DNA of 64,000 bases from Octopus vulgaris (GCA_951406725.2 OX597814.1:58156001-58220000); one strand, 5' to 3'; positions 43,202-57,169 are shown, numbered from the stretch's first letter. The notes: generated from the letters alone by a model not told the origin. Translations and numbers: made by a program.

Positions 43202-43542
43202 TCACATAAATATAATTATATATATATATATATATACATACATTGCATATTTCGTCGTATTGTTAGAATTTTAGCGATCGATATTTATATTAATAGACTA
43301 ACATGTAAGATCAACTGTCTGTATATTCATTTGATCGTACATGTTGATGAGGACGCCTTTTTAACCTTCTGCCTTCTATGTTAAGATAATGACTGCCCTC
43401 AGATTCTCCGAGACTAGGCATAATCATAAACTTGGAAAGTCTGTAGGGGTGTGCTCAGGTTTTTGAGGTACTCAGTAGTAGCGCATCAGCTAAGGGGACA
43501 CTAGGGGATTTTCTCACACACGGACACGCACCCGCCCCTCTT

Positions 43543-43589
43543 CCAGCCCTCATCCTAGCCCTCATCCCAGTCCTCACCCCAGCCCTCAC
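43543..43589. repeat. 12-bp minisatellite (CCAGCCCTCATC) x4
   Basis: Direct reading. Confidence 0.8.
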
Positions 43590-44589
43590 ATACCTCACAC
43601 ACCCCACCTACATATGTGTATGTGTGTATGCATGTATATCCATGTATACTGCATATGCGTGTGTACACGTGGCTGCACATCTATTTGAAGAGCACCTGTA
43701 CCTGTAAATATTTCAATGTTTATATAAAATTTTCCAAATATCAAAATATTTATTTCCTTAATTATTTTTTCAACCGGCTTACTATTTTAGCTCCAGGCAA
43801 ATCCTAACAAAGTTGGCCTCTGATCAAAAACGTTCCAGACATCACCATGTGGTGTTGTTTCTTTGAGATTATGTATCAAGGACTAATTAGTTTGTTTATG
43901 CGTGCTTACATTTTAAAAATCGGTAAATGAAATTCTTGGGAGAATTCGCTCTTATCCCTACGAAGCTGGGTTTTCACGCAGAGCTTTTCTCCTTCAGAAG
44001 TGTTTTCATAAGCTTAAGACCAAGATCAAAATATAAAATGATTTTCATGTAACAGAGTTTGCATAATATTTACAAGGAATTAGAAGCAATGCTACGGATT
44101 GTGAAAAACATTTCATCCCACAATACCAAAATACAAATCCATGCATATATAATATTACAGAGATCTTACTAAGAATTTCGTATTCTGGATACGTTGTTTT
44201 AGTAAATGCTGTACTAACTAATTGAGACAGAAATAATTTTATATACCGAAACTGTGTCCAAACTAAATGCGAAACCGTGGAATCTTCATAACGTCTACTA
44301 TAGTATACAACTATCCTACGTTAAAATCAATTTCCTTCTGAATTACTGTTGCCGACACAAGTCTTTAGTGGTTTTCCTCGATTCAAGTTTTTACCTTTTT
44401 CATCTCACTTAACTAAACTGTCATTTGATGTTCTGGTTCCTATCTTTTTCTTGTTATCAATGAAATCAAATTCACATGGCAAAAATACGATTTTGATGTA
44501 TGATTTGAGCATAAATGTAGTCAATTCACGATCTACTAAAAATAATTTCCGTTTCATACCAGAATTGGCTAAATGTATGTAATGAAGAA

Positions 44590-44662
44590 ATATTGAAAAT
44601 GCTGCCGTACATATCCACATACAACCCCAGAAACAAAGAAGCCTTCACTATCATCACCCAAG
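44590..44662 (+). mobile_element. Penelope-like RT/GIY-YIG linker remnant
   Basis: ILKMLPYISTYNPRNKEAFTIITQ resembles the PLE PxVxTYNP motif. Confidence 0.5.
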
Positions 44663-45198
44663 AAAGAAATATCAACTCTATACTAAATACAGAGTATCGC
44701 TAACATAGACTTGAACAGGCAATTCTTCAGGCTATAGACCGCATAAAAAGCAGAAGATTTGCATGAGAACAACAATACTTGTCAGTTATATTTAATTTCT
44801 CTTTGCTACTTAATCATTAATAGACTGGGTCGTAGGTATTTAAAACTTAATGTTAATTGCGATAAATATTTTCTCTCAGTGATCTACATGTCTATCACTT
44901 TGTAGCCAATACAAGAATTTCTACCATGCAATTCACAACTGCTAGAAAACAGCCGCAATTAAGATTTTCAGGGCAATGAACTTCAATTGACATACATAGA
45001 CACTCATATATTGTTGATTTGCATATGTAGACGAGGTCGTAGGCGTTTTTATTTGAAATGTATAATGCTAAAAAAGAAAACTTACAAAGCTAGAGTTTGC
45101 GAATGTGTGGCCGTCCGCACATATAAGTGTGTCCTATGTACATTCATAGGAAATGTTATTCCAAAATGTTTTTCAAGCATATATATATATATATATAT

Positions 45199-45229
<31 letters not shown>

Positions 45230-45235
45230 CATATA

Positions 45236-45301
<66 letters not shown>

Positions 45302-45487
45302 TATTAAGGATTCTGATGAATCAGGTACTTAAATGATAGGCACCGGGTTTCGTCGAATTAACTTATAAACAGAAGATTTATTTGAATAAATACCATGGGT
45401 ATCATAGTACATCCAGTGAAATATTCAGGTCATGTATACAGAGAGTTTAACCGTTATGAGAATTTTAATAACCTACCGGCTAATCCA

Positions 45488-45549
<62 letters not shown>

Positions 45550-46876
45550 ATATCTATCGATCTATCTATCTATCTATCTATCTAACGGGAAGCTTTATAA
45601 AAATTATCAAAAGACGAAGGCAGGTGGAATACAAACAAACAATTGTATTAGTATGGCGCTCAGGAATATAAATAAAACAGGTCTTTTATGTTTCGAGCCT
45701 ACGCTCTTCAACAGAAAGTTACACAGAAAAGAAACACGGAGAGAAACAAGGAGAGAAAAAAAATGCGTGCAGAAGCTAGCGAATCAACATATATGTGCCG
45801 GCACTCAGAATTTGAAAGAAAAATCGGCGAGAGATTTTGAAATACTCGGTCTAAAAGAACTGTGGATAGAATATTTACTTCAATAAGATCCTCAAGGTAA
45901 TCGTTGTTGTCTAAATGTCTGTAAGAGTTTACATGGGTCCTTATTTCTCAAGTCGGAGTCTATATAACTGAAATGACGTCGATAAATTGTTTTCTCGGTA
46001 AGCTCACAGTAAAAATAGAATTTTTTGATTGGTTAGAAAAATCGCCAATTACAAGTTTATTAATGATTAAAAAGAAAAAAATAGAGTAAGTGTAAAGGAT
46101 GTGGTTGCTGATTCTTTCTCGTTCAGCAAAGGTAATCTCAGCGACTCAACACAAAAATAAAATAAAAAACTTAAACGAGATGTCATTAGTTCTAAGCAAC
46201 AACACCTGCATTGTTTCAACAGTTAAATTTAATACAAATTTCGAAAACGATGTCGTCAACAATAGGGGTCGGTTTCTATAGTTACTCAACCTTCTTGAAA
46301 TAACCGCAATCTCTCCTTTAAACGACCATCACCATATACAGTGATACGTTTGAAGATGTAAGTGTAAATAACTTAATAAAAAAGTGATAAATTTCTAAGA
46401 GATCTTTCCTAGATATCAATAAAGGTGAAACGCGTTAAAGACGTATTCATACATACAAACGTGCATGTATGCATGCATCGATGAATGCATGCATCCATGT
46501 ATGCATGCATCCATGCATGTGTGCATGCATGCATCCATCCATGCATAGATAGATAGATACATACATATACGGATACCTACAAAAACGCATACACATACTC
46601 AGATGTATATATATATTGATACTGGTAGAGTCTCCTGTTGGTGCAGAGTGTTTTAGGCAAGTATTAACAAATGTCTATATGATACTGAGTAAGTGTGTGT
46701 CATAATGTCGGTTTACCTCATATGTAATGTCTTGTATTATTTGTCTGAGAAAAAATTTATTGGGTATTGACTCGATTGAAATAAAATATATTATTAATCT
46801 CAAAAACAGTAGTGTATAGCCTTATTTTTCGACAGCCTAAACTAAAAGTATATATATATATATATATATATATATA

Positions 46877-47050
46877 GGCGCAGGAGTGGCTGTGTGGTAA
46901 TTAGCTTGCTAACCAACCACATGGTTCCGGGTTCAGTCCCACTGCGTGGCAACTTGGGCGAGTGTCTTCTGCTATAGCCCCGGGCCGACCAATGCCTTGT
47001 GAGTGGATTTGGTAGACGGAAACTGAAAGAAGCCTGTCGTATATAAAGAA
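46877..47050 (+). mobile_element. SINE family B, 5' half
   Basis: A box TGGCTGTGTGG, B box GGTTCAGTCCC, CORE/V-like CTTGGGCGAGTGTCTT, and GAGTGGATTTGGTAGACGGAAACTGAAAGAAGCC. Confidence 0.9.
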
Positions 47051-47814
47051 TAAGTAGTGTATACCCTTATTTTTCGACAGCCTAAACTAAAAGTATATAT
47101 ATATAGGTGAGAGAGTTGGTGTGTGAAAGCACGTAGTTGGATGTATAAAAGACAAAAAAGAGTGAAAAAACGACAGAAGGCTTGTGTTATATGGTTAAAT
47201 AATATATTTAAATCGTTAGGTTAGAAAAATATTATAAAATTTTGCGTGTAGTAACGTAGTTTTTGAGACATAACCGGGCTCGTATTTCCCTTTCAAATAT
47301 CTCAAATTTCTTTACCTACATCGTGTCATGTCTTCGCTATGTTGTGAAATATGGAGTTCCAGGCAGGGGAAGGTAATCAGGGATCTTTTCCGCTATAAGG
47401 GAGATAATGAAAAATGTTGGGAATTACTAGCTTTAGAAGGAATAGAATGTTACAAGTGGTTGAGTTTTGCCTTATATTTTATTCAATGAGGTGAGTTTCC
47501 TTATTTAAAAATGTATTTTGACCCTGGCCAAAGCAGTAATTGTTGGGCAATTTTTAGAAATGTAAACAAAATTCCACAGGGATTTTTACGTTTCAGTTAT
47601 CATAACCATCATTATCATCTCCTTTATAATTTTGCTGTTGTTATTTTTGTTAGTGCTGGTGGTGTTGGTGTTGGCGGTGTTGGTAGGAGTAGCTGTGGCC
47701 ATATATACATGAACCTGAAGATTGGATAGTTTAATACATAAAAGTACTAGTTCAATCAGAATAAACAGTTAATATTTTATCATTTCATTATATTATATCA
47801 ATTTTTAAAAGATT

Positions 47815-48218
47815 GTGGCTGTGTGGTAAGTAGCTTGCTAACCAATCACATGGTTCCGGGCTCAGTCCCACTGCGTGGCATCTTGGGCAAGTGTCTTCTG
47901 CTATAGCTCCGGGCCGACCAATGCCTTGTGAGTGGATTTGGTAGACAGAAACTGAAAGAAGCCTGTCGTATATATGTATATATATGTGTATGTGTGTGTG
48001 TTTGTGTGTGTGTGTTTGTCCCGCTAGCATTGCTTGACAACTGATGGTGGTGTAATTACGTCCCCGTCAATTAGCGGTTCGGCAAAAGAGACCGATAGAA
48101 TAAGTACTGGGCTTACAAAGAATAAGTCCCGGGGTCGATTTGCTCGACTAAAGGCGGTGCTCCAGCATGGCCGCTGTCAAATGACTGAAACAAGTAAAAG
48201 TGTAAAGAGTAAAGAGTA
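47815..48218 (+). mobile_element. SINE family B, near full length with internal (TA)(TG) tract
   Basis: Head as at 46877; 3' part ends TGACTGAAACAAGTAAAAG-(TAAAGAG). Confidence 0.9.
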
Positions 48219-48295
48219 TAACATGAAAATCAGTCAGTTGGAATTTCGTTGAGTAATTCTATTCTTCTACACTCAGCCATACACACGCGTGTATG

Positions 48296-48330
<35 letters not shown>

Positions 48331-48786
48331 CATCTTATATATACAAGAAAAGAGTTTGTATGTGTGTGCGTGTGCGCGCCTATGCTCCTTAATCATTCCA
48401 AAAGATTCAGTAGGCTTTTAAATACCAACTAAACTATATTTTCATTCACATATTTTCATTACATTCTTCTTCAAAGGAAAGAATTACATCCAAATTAAGT
48501 AAAGATGATGATGGTGATTATGATAATTGAAATGCAAATTTCCCTGGGAAATGTTGTTTACAACATTTCTAAAAATAGCAACAATTACTGCTTTGGTCAG
48601 TCTCTTGACATGTTCAACAAACCGTGACGCCTAAAGCAAACAACAGCCAAATTAAGTAATTGGTTAGATTGGTTAGATTACAGTTTGCAAAAATTATCAG
48701 TTTGGAGCCTATACAAATATATATATATAGTTTAGCCATCTCACCACAGTTGTAAATTGTAAAATATCATTGTCAGTACTAATACA

Positions 48787-48831
48787 TGGACCTGAAGATT
48801 GCATGGTTTAATGCATGAAAGTACTAGTTTA
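48787..48831 (+). ncRNA. Minimal type I hammerhead motif (paralog at 47710-47754)
   Basis: TGGAC-CTGAAGA-T-TGCAT/ATGCA-T-GAAA-GTAC-TA-GTTTA; palindromic stem III AGTACT; CUA triplet. Confidence 0.6.
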
Positions 48832-48980
48832 ATCAGAATGGACATTTAATATTCTATCGTTTCATTATAATGTATTATCTTATATTATATTATTATAAGA
48901 TTGTAAATAAAACGGGAAAATCAGACAAAGTTGGAATTTCTTTGAGTAATATATTCTTCTATACACAATCATACACACCC

Positions 48981-49022
<42 letters not shown>

Positions 49023-49462
49023 GCGTGTATGTGTGTGTATATACATATATGTATATATGTGTGAATATACCTATATAGCCATACATACATTCACACATAC
49101 ACAAACATGTATATTGTTCAAATCTAGATTTCTTAACACAACAGAAATTATGATAAATCAACGTTAAAAATACTGGCATCGAAAGCGTCTCAAAGTGTGT
49201 ATATTGCAAGATAAAGAATAAAGAATAAAAGTAATTCATTTTCATTTTATTCCCGGATATTTGTTTCTATCACAAGAGAATTTTGCTATTTACATAAATA
49301 TTCGTGTTTCCTAACACATAAAATCTACAATTGCAAGTTTTTCTGACAGAGGTGACTAAATTTAAATTGATTGATTGCAAAATTATTTCTTTGCTTTATT
49401 TTAATCTGGGGTGAATCTTAGAGAAAATCAAACAATATCATGTTCAGCTTACAGAGGCGTGT

Positions 49463-49510
<48 letters not shown>

Positions 49511-49654
49511 TGTTGTGTGTGTGTATGTGTGTGTATGTGTGTATGTGTGCATGCGTGTGTAGGAGGGGTTGGAAAATGAAATAAGGAAATGTATTATTTT
49601 AAAGCAATGTAAAAATCCCAGAATAAATATTTTCTACATATTAATCCCTGGTTT

Positions 49655-49665
49655 ACTACTATTAA

Positions 49666-49714
<49 letters not shown>

Positions 49715-49780
49715 GATGTTGATGATGATATAGACAATGATGATTTTGATGATAATGATGAAGGCGCTCATGATGATGAA

Positions 49781-49814
<34 letters not shown>

Positions 49815-49867
49815 GTGATGATGATGATGTGATGATGATGATGGTGATGAGGATTGTGATGATGATG
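49655..49867. repeat. (CTA)n then (GAT)n microsatellites
   Basis: Direct reading. Confidence 0.9.
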
Positions 49868-50259
49868 AAATTGATTAACGAATTTAACCACTAAAGCTTC
49901 ACACAAACACAAAGAACGAAACATGACAATACAATACGGTATGATATGATGGGGGATTAAATGAACGCGCCTATGCAAAATAATAAAATAGCAATGAAAC
50001 AAAATATGTCAAACAAGGAAAAATCCCCCAAAATCTTCCCACGGTTGCTCGTGGAATCACAAGTAGCAACAGTCAACCTGACAACTAAAGCAAGTTCCCT
50101 CTCTTCCTCTTCCTCTCTCAATTTACAGTTACACACTCAGAGCCGGTCCGTTTACTCTGACCATCCTTGCCACATTTATCCACCTTTCATCTAATTTGCT
50201 GGAGAGCAACACTTTCCTCTCCATCCTCACTTTCCTTTTCAATTGACACTTGAAAGATT

Positions 50260-51570
50260 TTATGAGGTTTTGGTCAAAGACGAATGAGCCTGACTTGGGC
50301 CCTTTGAACCTGGTCCATCACACAACTTCTTCCGCTCAGGCCTCAGAACAAAATACTGCATATCATTTCCGTCCAACAGAAGGCAGTACAATAGACGCAG
50401 CCGTTTGCCAAGGTCCGTCTTACACGTGAAAAACACACAAGCCAACGATGCACGGGTACTAGATGAGTGTATGCAGAACCGTTCGCATGCATCTCGGGTA
50501 GCACTTCCATGACTTTAGAGTTTATCCCGAAGTAGCAATGTTCCTCGGCAGCAACGCAAATATAGAGTTACCTGGAAATTATCCACGGTCCCAGCACGAT
50601 ACTGCTTCGGAACAGAGCAGCCACTTGATTCTCATCGATAGCCAACGTCATCGAGAGAACGCTGCTACTAAACCTCTATAGAACGCCACAAATGTGGAAC
50701 TTCCATAGTCCGCATTGCCCTACTGACAGAGGACTATGAGCCCCTAACAAGAGTATAGATGCCAGGTGCCCTGCCTCAATTTACGCTTAAGGCAGGACTG
50801 CAGCTCAGCGACTAGCTACGGTAAAGCAATTCTGACAAATGGTGACCACACCGTCAAGGAAACGCTGAAGATGTTGTAGCCTCAGTATATGTCTGCGCAT
50901 CATCCACGACATGTCCATTCTTCTATTCAGCGGGTATTATCAACAAATGGAGCGCTTGACCAGTGCTCCACCGAAAGCGGGAGTGTATGGTCTCCAATTT
51001 GGTCAGACGTAAATTGAGGTATGATATGGCGGTCAGACAGTGAAGTATGCATTCGGAGGCGTTGTATGCATTCGCCACCTCTGCTCGATGTTTTGGGGAT
51101 AGACTTTTCTCAGACCATTTCTAGGTGAGGTTTTTCACCTTGCTCGTCACCTCGTTTAAGTGGTCCACCTGGAGGAGACAAAATTAGACCCACGACTTTA
51201 TTGAACATGGACCTGCATCGCCAGGTGAATCATTACACTTGTCACCTCCTTGTAGTCTTTCAGAACAGTGCCGATCAGATGTTTGAGATGACATCATTTG
51301 TGTATGTTGACAGGATTCTCCCACGTTCTCGTGTGCACGCTATATCCTCAACGTTTTCAATCAGTTCACTAATGACTCTGGAGTCAGTATATACAAAATG
51401 AACGATAAAGAACTACATTGGAGGACTGAGTTCCTGATACAGAATGGTTCCGATAGATAACCATTCACTTGAACCGCTGATCCGATGTTGATGCCTTGGG
51501 AACGGTCACCAGGTATTGGTGGTCGATCACTTCGATGATTTGGAATGATCTAAATATATCAAAACACTTC
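50260..51570 (-). mobile_element. Tx1/L1-clade ORF2 remnant (RT to C-terminus), heavily decayed
   Basis: LDHSK..DHQYL (LDQSKAFDRVDH-like) and TYTNDVI (YADD-like); 50795-51130 is homologous to 51660-52020. Confidence 0.6.
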
Positions 51571-51589
51571 AGCTAATGTCACTGATCGA

Positions 51590-53700
51590 CTGACAAGAGA
51601 CTTGGGCGCCTGGAACAGTGTGAGCGCCAAGCGCTCTGACGCGATCTGCGTTTTATCCTGGACTGCAGTTCAGTCAAAGAGACAAGCTGTGGTAGAGCGA
51701 ATCTAACAAATGGTTACCACATCAGCTCACTGCCAAGGAAGTGCTGAAGATAACATAGCCTCAGTGCATGTCTGCGCATCAGCAGTCACGGCATTCCCAG
51801 TTATCAATTTTGCAGATGTTGACAGCAAATGGAGCGTCTGATCGGTTGAACCCATCATTTCAACAGAAAGCGGAAGAGTATGCCTTCTAGTTTGGTCAGA
51901 CGTTAACTTATGTAAGGCAAAACGTTCAGGCGGTAATATAATACAGAGTAGATATGGGAATTCACCACCCCCATACGGCATTTCAGAGATAGCTTTCTCT
52001 CGGCCCATGTCTGAGTGAGATTCGCTATACTGTTTGGCACATCTTCCCAGTTCTTCACCACATGGAGAAGCGGACCAAACCTGAAAACGCGCAATTTAAC
52101 CAGTTCGTCAGCCCAGCCCCACAATAGGTCATTGGACGCCATATTCTACTTCGCTAGATACCGAGCTGGCGGCCCAGTGTTTTTCTTGGTTAATTTTTAT
52201 TTTTGTGAATGCATCGTATTATTTCAGTGCAGTGCGGATTAGGTAAAATTTCCTGTTCGAGACCATGACGTTTATATCGTCCACATATACTGACACGATT
52301 CTCCCACATTCTTGTTCGTGCTGGATGCTTCTCAAGGCCTCCAAATTCTGCAATAGCGACTATCGAACCAGTACATACAGAAGAGACGAGAACGGACACA
52401 CTTGACGGACCGAGCGCATGACGCTGGTTGATCAGGGGCAAGCTTCTTTGCTCCTCCTATATACGATGCATCTCACGAGAATGAGCTTGTCGTGGATAAT
52501 TCTGCATGAGATGATGCGTGTGTGTGCAACATCAAACAGCTTCTCAACGACAGCGGCGTACTCTTTGCTTACGCTTTTGCCAAAATTTCGAAATCTGCGT
52601 TAAGCAGCGTTACGTATCTACATTTTCTATTTTCTATCCTTTGTTTCGAAACTTTCTGAACTCACAAGGATAGAAATTCTTCCCGTTCTGATGCTAACAT
52701 ATAAAAAAGATCGTTGAGTAAACCAGCGAAAACCCACAGGCCATTTGCTCTCAATGCAACACATCATCGCATCCCGTATTTCCGTAGTTGTTATCGGCAA
52801 CACTCTATCTCATTTGCGGAGAGTCATGGCATGCCTTCCAGGTAGGCACTGAAGTTCATTCTGCGTTACGGACTGTCATTCGTACCGAAGAGCTGAGTAA
52901 ATTCCTGCAGAAATATCCTGTACATCTGCACAGCCTCGAATGCCATGCGTCCATCTTAGTTCACCAAATTGTAGATTTGTTGCCAAGTTGGGCATCTGTC
53001 ACTCGCATTTCTCGAGCAACGTTTCTCCCCACTTTTTCTACTCCTGAATTTTACTCTAAATGTTCTTTTCAGTGTGAGCCACAGTTTATTTTTGATGATT
53101 AACAATATCAACGTCCTTGGTCTCTGGAAGCTTGGCACGCTGAGAGTGATGCTTTCAGCTTCCAGAAATCACGTCCCTGCCGGCAAAACCTACATAAATC
53201 GACCGAAGAGATCACAATTTTGGTATCTGTATAGCGCATGATTTTGAAAATGGACAACTTATGATTTCTTTATCTACTGGCTTACAGAGTAATCTATCTA
53301 GATACGATCTAGATGACGCGATGCAGTTTATACTTAACACAGACACATTCGGGAAACCCAGTTGTTCATGTTACATAATTGAAAGCGTTTGAGCAGGTTT
53401 GTGAGGCTTTCGCAATCTCTCTTCTAATATCTAGCATCCAGATACCTGAAGATATCGGACTGTCCTGCCCTTGTCGGAGTGTAAGTAGTCACCAGTCTGA
53501 AAACACTCCCGTTCACCAGCAGGGCCATCAACTAGCGATCTGGATTCAAGAAGATGCATATTATCTTGAGTTTCGGACCTTTCCGGAACAACACTGTATG
53601 TTTACGCCCCTCTTTTCCCGGTTGGCATGCGGATGAGTAACTCTCATATCCATCGAAAATGGGCTTGACATTGTATCGATTGGAAAGTCTGCTCTCACTG
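51590..53700 (-). mobile_element. Tx1/L1-clade ORF2 remnant (APE endonuclease plus RT)
   Basis: RLVTTYTP, SRSYLDRLL, FWKLKASL, SVRQVCPFSSLLYVL, VYVDDI, KNWEDV..WAERKLSL and LGMP..RRHALRL. Confidence 0.8.
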
Positions 53701-54959
53701 ATAGCCACGACATCTACACTTAGTGAACTAAGGACATTGAATATGCAGCACTGTTTCTAAGGCGACCCAAACCTGTGTGCAGTTATACTGCCTATTTTGA
53801 GTAAGACTATGTTTGTTAGAGAGAAAGAGAATGAATGAGAATCATTTACCCTATTCTCTATTGTATTCTCTATTATATTAACACGAATCTATGTATAAAA
53901 ACCTAGAATATTAGTGATTGAGTATGTGCCAATGTAACTAACGACAGTAATGAGCGAAATATCTACAACTCCTTAGAATATGCAAAGTTATTTTTTCACA
54001 AATATATCATGTTGTGTCAGGATGACTTACAAAATTCTCGACGAAATAGCGCAGCAAGGCTTGCACACAAGTAGCAAATATCAGCTTCTTGAGAAAACGA
54101 TTATCGACACTCCTCAAAAAAAAAATCAACATTACCTTTTATAAAAAACGGAGTAACACCCACTCTTGCACAGAAATACTCATAAACAAGCATACATCTT
54201 TATTGATGGAGAGACATGTGTTCTGTCCTGACTATTTGTGTCTGTATCTCTGCAAGCATTCTTTGCAATATATTTCTTTGCGATATTTTGCGTTAATTTA
54301 TTTTTGTAATTTTGTGTTGTTTTAATAGTTTTTATGTGAATAGGGTTATGCATTCATTTAAAGTAATATATCTGTGTTTTTGAATGTTTTGTTAAGTTCC
54401 TGTTATTTGTGACTATGGCCGTGTAATTGATGATGCCTTGAAAGTGATACTCATGATGATAATCTGGATTGCTATATGCTTTCGTTTGTTGAGGTGTTTG
54501 TAATTTTTGAAATGTCTATAATTGTATAAGTGTAGTGTATGTGCATGTGAAATAGTTTGTTGGTTGCAATGTCTCTTCCTGTAACCTGTTCGATTTCAGT
54601 CTTGTACCTCGGGTTTCATTTTGCAATTTCCTTTGTTTTTAATATTATCAGGATCCATTCTGATGATTTTCTCAAACTCGTGTGGCAGGGAGGAAAGATT
54701 TGTCTCCAACGTAGTGCATTTCTAAGCTTCCCAGGAAAATCTCCCAGGTTGACTGGTCCAGGTGAGACTGCTCTCGGTTGCGATGGTGCAGGTGATGGTA
54801 TTCTTTTGTTTCGGATGTGGTATCGGTGCTTGCTGCTGATGATGTTCAATGTGTATCTTCTGTTGTTTTGGATGTTATTGCACTTAACATTGATGCTATT
54901 GGTGCTGTTGTTCCCGGTAATTTTGCTTGTGCTGCTGTTACTTTTGATGCTGCTGTTGT

Positions 54960-55480
54960 GTTAAAGATGTCTACAGTAGCATAGTTTTCCTTTTATTTGT
55001 AAGGGACAGGAAAGCTTTAAGTCGTTTGTCTCGCCACAAATGTGGTATCTGGTCTTTCTGCCTTCCACTGTTAAGAATAATTGTGTACTACTGAGAGACG
55101 ATGAACAGGTCAGAGTTAACATTAATACCCTAAACCGGCGTGGATCCATAATTCCATTCCCATGTCTCACCAATTTTCTTTTCCAATTTTGTGCATTTGG
55201 AGAATTATTATCTTATTCACTGTACAGTATAATACGGTTGTATGACTTGGACCTCTGCTACCGTTATTTCAAACACTCTCTGACTTAGCTGTGTCGGAAT
55301 TAACCACAATACGTCACTCGTTAGGGTTGCTGTTGCAGTTTCTTTGGCTTCTTCTTTATTTGGGAATCTCATCTCAACTGTGAGTGTCTCCTAGGGGAAA
55401 TATGTTTTTATCCCCAGACTGATCTTAGGCATTTTTCAATCTGGATCTGAGTCAATCACTCCACTCTCCTGGTTTTTGTT
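54960..55480 (-). mobile_element. LINE ORF1-like remnant with decayed zinc knuckle
   Basis: VEGRKTRYHICGETNDLKLSCP resembles VEGRxPxCxxCGxxGHxxxxCP. Confidence 0.55.
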
Positions 55481-56444
55481 GAAATAAATTTGTATATATT
55501 AATTGTTTTTTTTGTGTGTGTGTTTCATCTAGCGTATTTAGAAATACTTTGCTAAGTATCGTTTGATGTCAACGATTTTCTGACGCGTCAACTTTCTCCA
55601 TTCGACGACACACTTGTACAACGTCTCCGTTGGTGGTGGAAGAGGTTATGGTGATGGTGATGGTGATGGTGATGGTCGAAGGTAGTGAATGTCGTACTCA
55701 TTTCATTATTAATTTTGTCATGCTCGTCACAGCTGTCCTTGCCTCTGTTGCTGTTGTTGGTGGTGGTATCTGTGATTTGTCTCTCGACCATGTTTATTTA
55801 GGGCGGAAAAATAATGTCAAAATGGCTGTTCAACAGCCATCACTTCCTTAGTTTTAGGAAGCCATATTATTTGTTTTGAAATATCAACTTTTGAATTTTT
55901 CCCCTCAAAATTCGCCTTTAGTGGGCAAACTTTTTCGTCAGACCACCTCACTATAAGCAAAACGGGTTGGATTATATAGTTGAATTAACAGTCCAACAAA
56001 AATTCGAATGCTAAATAATAAAACAGTAATTTGTAATGAAACTAACAAGGGTTCCCAAACATAACAATTAACATAAACAATTAAAACAACTACAACAAGT
56101 AAAATAAGAGAATATATTTTGATCTTTCAAACACTCAAAACCTAAATATTACAAAAATGAAGAATGTAAAATCGTTTATTTTTATTATTTTATATTATAT
56201 TTACGACAGTGATCTAATATGACGCGTAAAGAATTACCAGAGCTCATATCAAAACAACACCAGATCGACCCCGTCTTGCAGCAATAAGATTTATAAATAA
56301 ACAACAATAAATTTTTAAAAAAAATACTTTTGATAACTGTATTCAGGGAAATGCGTACTTTAAATCTAAAGCAGAAAAATAGACTGAAAACTTGGAATTT
56401 CAACTCTCAATATCGCTAGAATCAAAATTAAGTACAGTGTAAAT

Positions 56445-56638
56445 AATCCTTTTGGAGGATGGACTAGTCGATTACATCGACCCCAGTGATTCACTGGTAC
56501 TAAATTACCAGTAGATAAAAGGCAAAAGATGAAAGGCAAAGTTGGCCTTGGCGGAATTTGAATTCAGAAGGTAGCAGCAGACGATATACCGCTAAGCATT
56601 TCGGCCAGCATGCTAACGATTCAGCTAGCTCGCCGCCT
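56445..56638 (-). mobile_element. SINE family A
   Basis: GTCGATTACATCGACCCCAG..GATGAAAGGCAAAGT..CCGCTAAGCATTTCG..AGCTCGCCGCC. Confidence 0.85.
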
Positions 56639-57135
56639 GGGGTTACAATCTAAATAATGGAACATACATCCTTACGTTTTTCGAACAAGGAAAAAAGACA
56701 TCAATAGCGTCATATATATATATATATTTATTCGAATGTATATTTTACTATCACACTCTATCAAAATATAAATTGGGAAAATATATTCATATAAAATGCG
56801 GTGAGTAATTAAACGCCATCCTAAACATAACGCTTACCCGCAAGATATTTTGACTTTTCTTTCCATATATAAAATGAATCGCGCAGCTTATTAAAACCTT
56901 TTCATTTGATGAATTCATAATTAACTTTCGTGCATATTTGAATGGCAGAAACATGTTTGGGGAATTGGATATTGATGTTAGTTGTGCTCTTGTTAAATAA
57001 CTATACTTTTCTATAGCATCATTCCTTTGTATCTGGAAGTCATATAAATTCTTCACACTGTATAAAGGCGTAACAAATGACAACGATCTGCGGATGAACC
57101 ACCACATTAACAAAGCCACCGTCAACATTCATACC

Positions 57136-57166
<31 letters not shown>

Positions 57167-57169
57167 ATG

